From an uncultured delta proteobacterium (lineage in GTDB: Bacteria > Desulfobacterota > Binatia > UBA9968), in NCBI GenBank assembly GCA_963816145.1, contig CAWFJP010000002.1, forward strand, positions 128,001 to 192,000: a stretch of 64,000 bases of DNA, given 5' to 3'. The position numbers and the translations under genes were made by a program. Of this stretch, positions 59,987-64,000 are shown one piece after another (the stretch's first letter is position 1; each line of letters begins with the position of its first letter). The notes under the pieces are model-generated. The model saw nothing but the letters and a program-made list of their open reading frames with translations, did not search any database and was not told the DNA's origin.

Positions 59987-60066
59987 AAGGCCCAATATGA
60001 TTGCACCGGAGATCTGCGATGCAGATTGAAGTCTACGTGTAACTTCCAATTCTATCCCGCCGACAG

Positions 60067-60905
60067 ATGAGCCAAGTCCTCATTCAGCAATATCTCAACC
60101 AGCTCCAGGACCTGAAAAAGGTCTCCGGTACGCATCGCGAGTCGGTGGTCCGCGAGGCTTTCAAGGATCTGCTCAAGGGTTGGGCACGCTCCCGCGACCT
60201 GATCTTCGTTCCCGAATACGAGATCGCCACTCCCGCCAAAGACCGGCGTTACGTTGACGGCGCGCTGGTGAATCAGCTGCGCGTGCCGTTCGGCTATTGG
60301 GAGGCCAAGGAGGAAAAGGACGACCTCGACGCCGAGATCGACTACAAGTTGCGCCGCGGCTATCCGCAGGACAACATTATTTTCGAGGACTCCACCCGAG
60401 CGGTTTTGGTTCAGGAGAAAGAGGAGGTCTACCGTTGCGCCGTCGATGAAGTCAAAGACCTGGAAAAGTTACTCAATCTGTTCTTCGACTACGAGCGCAC
60501 CGAGATCACCGAGTTCCGCAAGGCGGTCGAGCAGTTCAAGAATGACCTGCCGGTGGTGTTGGAAGCGCTGCGTTCGATGATCGAGCGCGCGCACCAGCGC
60601 GAGCCGGAGTTTAGAAAAGCGGCGGAAGAGTTTCTCAAGCACGCCCAGGAAGCGATCAATCCGAGCCTGACCGAAGCGGACGTGCGCGAGATGTTGATCC
60701 AGCACATCCTCACCGAGGACGTTTTCGCCGCCGTCTTCCCCGGCACGCCATTCCACCAGGATAACAACGTCGCCCGCGAGCTGTACAAGCTGGAGGCGAA
60801 TTTCTTCAAAGGCGACACCAAATTCCAGACGCTCAAAGGCATGGCGCCCTACTACGCCGCCATCCGCTCCGCCGCCGCGCAGATCGGCACGCACCACGAG
60901 AAGCA
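60067..60905 (+). pseudogene. Truncated type IIG/ISP-like restriction-modification enzyme (N-terminal nuclease region only)
   Basis: VDG...YWEAK PD-(D/E)xK-like motif, GYPQDNIIFED, EMLIQHILTE; plausible coding stops after HHEK, no methyltransferase motifs follow, and the ORF runs on into a palindrome. Confidence 0.78.
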
Positions 60906-60939
60906 CCATCTTCGCGCGCGCTGCAATGCCAAAGAAATC

Positions 60940-60990
60940 CTGGATTCCGGCCCCGGATCAGGTCCGGGGCAGGCTCTACGCCGGAATGAC
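60940..60990. repeat. REP-like element (TGGATTCC...GGAATGAC type)
   Basis: ctggattccggccccggatcaggtccggggcaggctctacgccggaatgac; related to the element near 59120-59183. Confidence 0.65.
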
Positions 60991-61181
60991 GACAGTGAAG
61001 AGTTGACTTCTAGTCGACGAATTCAGGAGCCCTGCGCTTTAAGCCCAGGGTCGTTCAGTTTGCCGCACCGAGGTTTTAGCACTGCGCAGATTCGCCGGAG
61101 TTCCAACAAAATTTCCGCCGCCCTCTTGAAGATTGCTGTCATGCGGGAAATATTCAAGGCTAATCAATTTTCGGAGGCATC

Positions 61182-62063
61182 ATGGGTAATTCACAACCCG
61201 GTATTCTGGCGCCGTGCCCGAAGCTGGCGCGCTATCTGAGTTTTTCGCTTGAGGCGGGGGCGAAGCCTGGACGGGCGCTCAAGGCGTTGGTCGAACTTGC
61301 CGATGGCGATTCTGTCGTGGTCGGTTTTGGTCAGCCTTTGGTGCGTGTTCTCGGCGGGGAAATCCCCGGGCTCCGGGTATTCCCAACGCAATTCGGTTCG
61401 GGCTTGATTCTGCCGTCATCTTCGGCGGCGTTGTGGTGCTGGCTGCGCGGCGATGATCGCGGCAAGCTGCTCCACTCCGGGCGGAAAATCATCGCCGCGG
61501 TTTCGAGCGCTTATGCGCTCGACTCGGTGATCGACGGTTTTCAGTTTGACAATGGCCGCGATCTTACCGGATTTGTCGATGGCACCGAGAATCCCAAAGG
61601 CAAGAAAGCATCTGTCGCGGCGATCGTGCGCGGCGCAGGGGCTGGGCTCGACGGATCGAGCTTCGTTGCGGTGCAGCAGTGGATTCACGATTTTCAGCGT
61701 TTCGAGGCGATGTCGGCCAAAGACCAGGACAACGCCGTCGGCCGGCGCCGCAGCGATAATAAAGAACTGTCCGGCGCGCCGCGCTCGGCGCATGTCAAAC
61801 GCACCGCGCAGGAAAGCTTTTCTCCAGAGGCTTTTATTTTGCGGCGGTCGATGCCGTGGACCGATGGCGCCGCCGGCGGTTTGAACTTCGTCGCGTTCGG
61901 CAAATCGTTCGATGCTTTCGAAGCCCAGCTCAAGAGGATGGTTGGCGCCGACGACGGCATCACCGATGCGCTGTTCAAGTTCACCCGGCCGCTGACCGGC
62001 AGTTATTTCTGGTGCCCGCCCATGGCCAAGGGACGATTGGATTTGCGCGCCTTGGGTTTCTAG
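61182..62063 (+). CDS. Dye-decolorizing (DyP-type) peroxidase
   Basis: GFVDGTEN (GxxDG), proximal AHVKR, distal ILRRS, DALF.F. Confidence 0.93.
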   Translation: MGNSQPGILAPCPKLARYLSFSLEAGAKPGRALKALVELADGDSVVVGFGQPLVRVLGGEIPGLRVFPTQFGSGLILPSSSAALWCWLRGDDRGKLLHSGRKIIAAVSSAYALDSVIDGFQFDNGRDLTGFVDGTENPKGKKASVAAIVRGAGAGLDGSSFVAVQQWIHDFQRFEAMSAKDQDNAVGRRRSDNKELSGAPRSAHVKRTAQESFSPEAFILRRSMPWTDGAAGGLNFVAFGKSFDAFEAQLKRMVGADDGITDALFKFTRPLTGSYFWCPPMAKGRLDLRALGF

Positions 62064-62119
62064 TGGAGTGGAGGTTTGAAGTTGGTGGATATGTAGCGAC
62101 AATCCTTCCCGCCGAACCG

Positions 62120-63294
62120 TTACGTGGACAAGCCGTAGAGCTTCGCCGCGTTGTCCCGGCCGAGTTTCCGTTTGATCTTCGGCTCGATGCCTGCGCAGTT
62201 GCGGTCAACCGCATCTTTCGAGTAGGGCCAGGTGGTCACGCCATGGGGGTAGTCGCTGGCCCAGAGAAAGTTATCCTCGCCGTAGACCGGCGTCGTGAGC
62301 ACGCCGGCGCGGTCGTCTTGGTAGGTGAAGAAAATATTACTCTTAAAATACTCGCTGGGCGGCCGTTGGTTCATGTTGCGGTCGGCGTCGAATGTGCTGG
62401 CGCGGCCAAACCAGTAGTCGACTTGCTGGACCATGTTGGCAACCCAGCCGACATCGAACTCGGCGCAGACAACTTTTAGCTTCGGATGGCGATCGAAGTT
62501 CCCCGATAAAATCATGTTGCCGATAAATTGCTGGGCCGGAACCTGTTTTCGGGCGAAGCCGATCGGCTCTTTGACCGGATCTTCCTGCCGGGGCCCTTCA
62601 TAGTGGGTGCGTGCAACACCCTGGGTGACGCTGGTATGGACGTTGACAATCATGCCGGTTTCTTCGAACGCCTGCCACATCGGCTCGTATTTAGACTCGT
62701 AATAGCCGCTGTCTTTGATCCGTGTCGGAATCTGTGCGCCGCGAAAACCCAGTTTGGCGTAGTGGTAAATATCCGCCACGGTATGTTCCATGTCCAAGAT
62801 CGGGATCAGCGCGAGACCGAGCAGCCGCGTGGGATTGTAGCTGCAGAATTCGTGCAACCAACTGTTGTAGGAATGGAATATCGCGCGCTGGAACGGTTCG
62901 TCGACGATGCTGTAGAGCTGACGCACGGCGCTGGAAAATAACACTTCGGCTTCGACGCCGTCGGTGTCCTGATCGTTGCAAGCCGCGCCCTGGGCTCCCA
63001 GCCGCCGCGATAATCCTCGTAGCGAAAGGTTTCGTTGAAGCGAATCGTCTCGAAGTGTTTTTCCTGATCGACCTCGCTGATGCCGCGGTTCTTGCCGACG
63101 GCTAGTCCTTTCGAATAGTGCGACAAGCCCACCGGCGGCAGACCTTCGATGATCAGCCAGATGCCCTTGGGCACGCCGGCTGGGTCGCGGACGACTTTCG
63201 GCGCGCGATCGCCGTATTCTTTCTGCACCCGTTCCCATGCGGCCGGCGGTTCGTTGACGTGACTATCGGCGGAGATCAATTTAAAATCTGGCAT
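62120..63294 (-). CDS. Amidohydrolase_2 family protein (frameshifted near 62980)
   Basis: ISADSHVNEP in the first frame; DQDTDGVEAEVLF, YNSWL, WASDYPH in the second. Confidence 0.85.
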
Positions 63295-63311
63295 GCCTCA
63301 CCCCCAAGGGT

Positions 63312-64000
63312 TTATTCAATGCTAATGATGGCGTGTCCCGTTCGCTGCTGCACCAAGGTCCCGAACGGCGCCGAGACGCGCGCAACCCGATCCAAGATGC
63401 TCTTCCCCAGTTCGCCCTCGGCGAGCATGGGCCGGCCGCGCTGGGCGCGCGGTTGGCCGAAGCCCATGTCGACAGGATAAAGTTCGATTTGTTTCAGTTC
63501 TCGCTTGTCGAAACGGCATAGCGCAGCCACCGATTGCCAAAATTCCGCCGACGCTGGGTGGCCTTTGGTGCCGTTACCGGTGCGATGATCGAAGAAGTCC
63601 GCCGGCGTCGCGCGATTATCGAGACCGAAGCGGTCGAAGGGATAAGCGGGCACATGATTCAATGTCTCGTTCTGCATCATGAGGTTGCCCAAGCTGTAGA
63701 AGATCGGTTTGCCGCGGTAGATCTCGATGCCCATCAAGAGATGGGGCCCGTGGCATGCGAAGACATCGGCGCCGGCTTCGATGCAGCGATGGGCGAAGTC
63801 GTGGACGAAATCTGGTTGCTCGGTGACTTCGGTGCGCTTTTTTGCGGTGAGCCAGCTGCGGCCGATCAATTCTTGGCTATGCAAGCTGACGATTACCCAG
63901 TCAGCTTGGCGGCGCGCTTCGCGAATCTGGCGCAAATTCTCTTCGACGTCGTTTTCATCGCAGGCGGTGCGGATGTCGAAAGTTTCGCCGAGCAGGTAGC
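63312..64000 (-). CDS. CapA / PGA_cap metallophosphoesterase family (partial at window edge)
   Basis: ADWVIVSLH, IEAGAD...HGPH...GIEIYRGKPIFYSLGN. Confidence 0.88.
   Translation of the reverse strand, partial: YLLGETFDIRTACDENDVEENLRQIREARRQADWVIVSLHSQELIGRSWLTAKKRTEVTEQPDFVHDFAHRCIEAGADVFACHGPHLLMGIEIYRGKPIFYSLGNLMMQNETLNHVPAYPFDRFGLDNRATPADFFDHRTGNGTKGHPASAEFWQSVAALCRFDKRELKQIELYPVDMGFGQPRAQRGRPMLAEGELGKSILDRVARVSAPFGTLVQQRTGHAIISIE

Noticed and set aside
61182-62063. DyP as encapsulin cargo
   Set aside because: No GSLxIGSL-type C-terminal targeting extension and no encapsulin gene adjacent.

Overview
A 64 kb GC-rich bacterial chromosomal window with high coding density. The gene content (many orphan NMT1/SsuA-like binding proteins, amidohydrolases and SDRs, an orphan EutA) suggests a Deltaproteobacteria-like lineage such as Ca. 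Binatia; this is inference, not tested. In order it holds: the plsY 3' end; an OmpA lipoprotein and a decayed paralog; mrp-DUF59-MEMO1; a catabolic island (SDR, amidohydrolase, ADH, SBP); an A1-type aa3 cytochrome c oxidase cluster with small accessory genes; nadX-TPP enzyme-MFS; an SBP/ferritin-like/amidohydrolase/SBP unit; two MBL-fold paralogs; a 12 kb DUF4175-TPR peptidase-MoxR-DUF58-BatA/vWA-DUF4159-vWA/GATase operon; eutA-like, TPR, ferredoxin and carboxyltransferase genes; hisI-hisG; a CutA-NUDIX fusion; a divergent tyrosine phenol-lyase-like enzyme coupled to an acyl-CoA ligase and two SDRs; a truncated restriction-modification gene; DyP; an amidohydrolase; and a partial CapA. I recognised no rRNA, tRNA, CRISPR array or intact transposase. 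Five genes carry frameshifts, most probably assembly errors. The best candidates for something new are: (1) the re-wired TPL-like four-gene operon, (2) intergenic hairpins built from different 6-9 nt tandem micro-repeats at many gene junctions, (3) a ferritin-like enzyme with an altered ligand set inside a catabolic unit, and (4) a promoter/SD/18-aa ORF/terminator module at 25.4-25.65 kb. All family assignments come from motif recognition by eye, not database searches.
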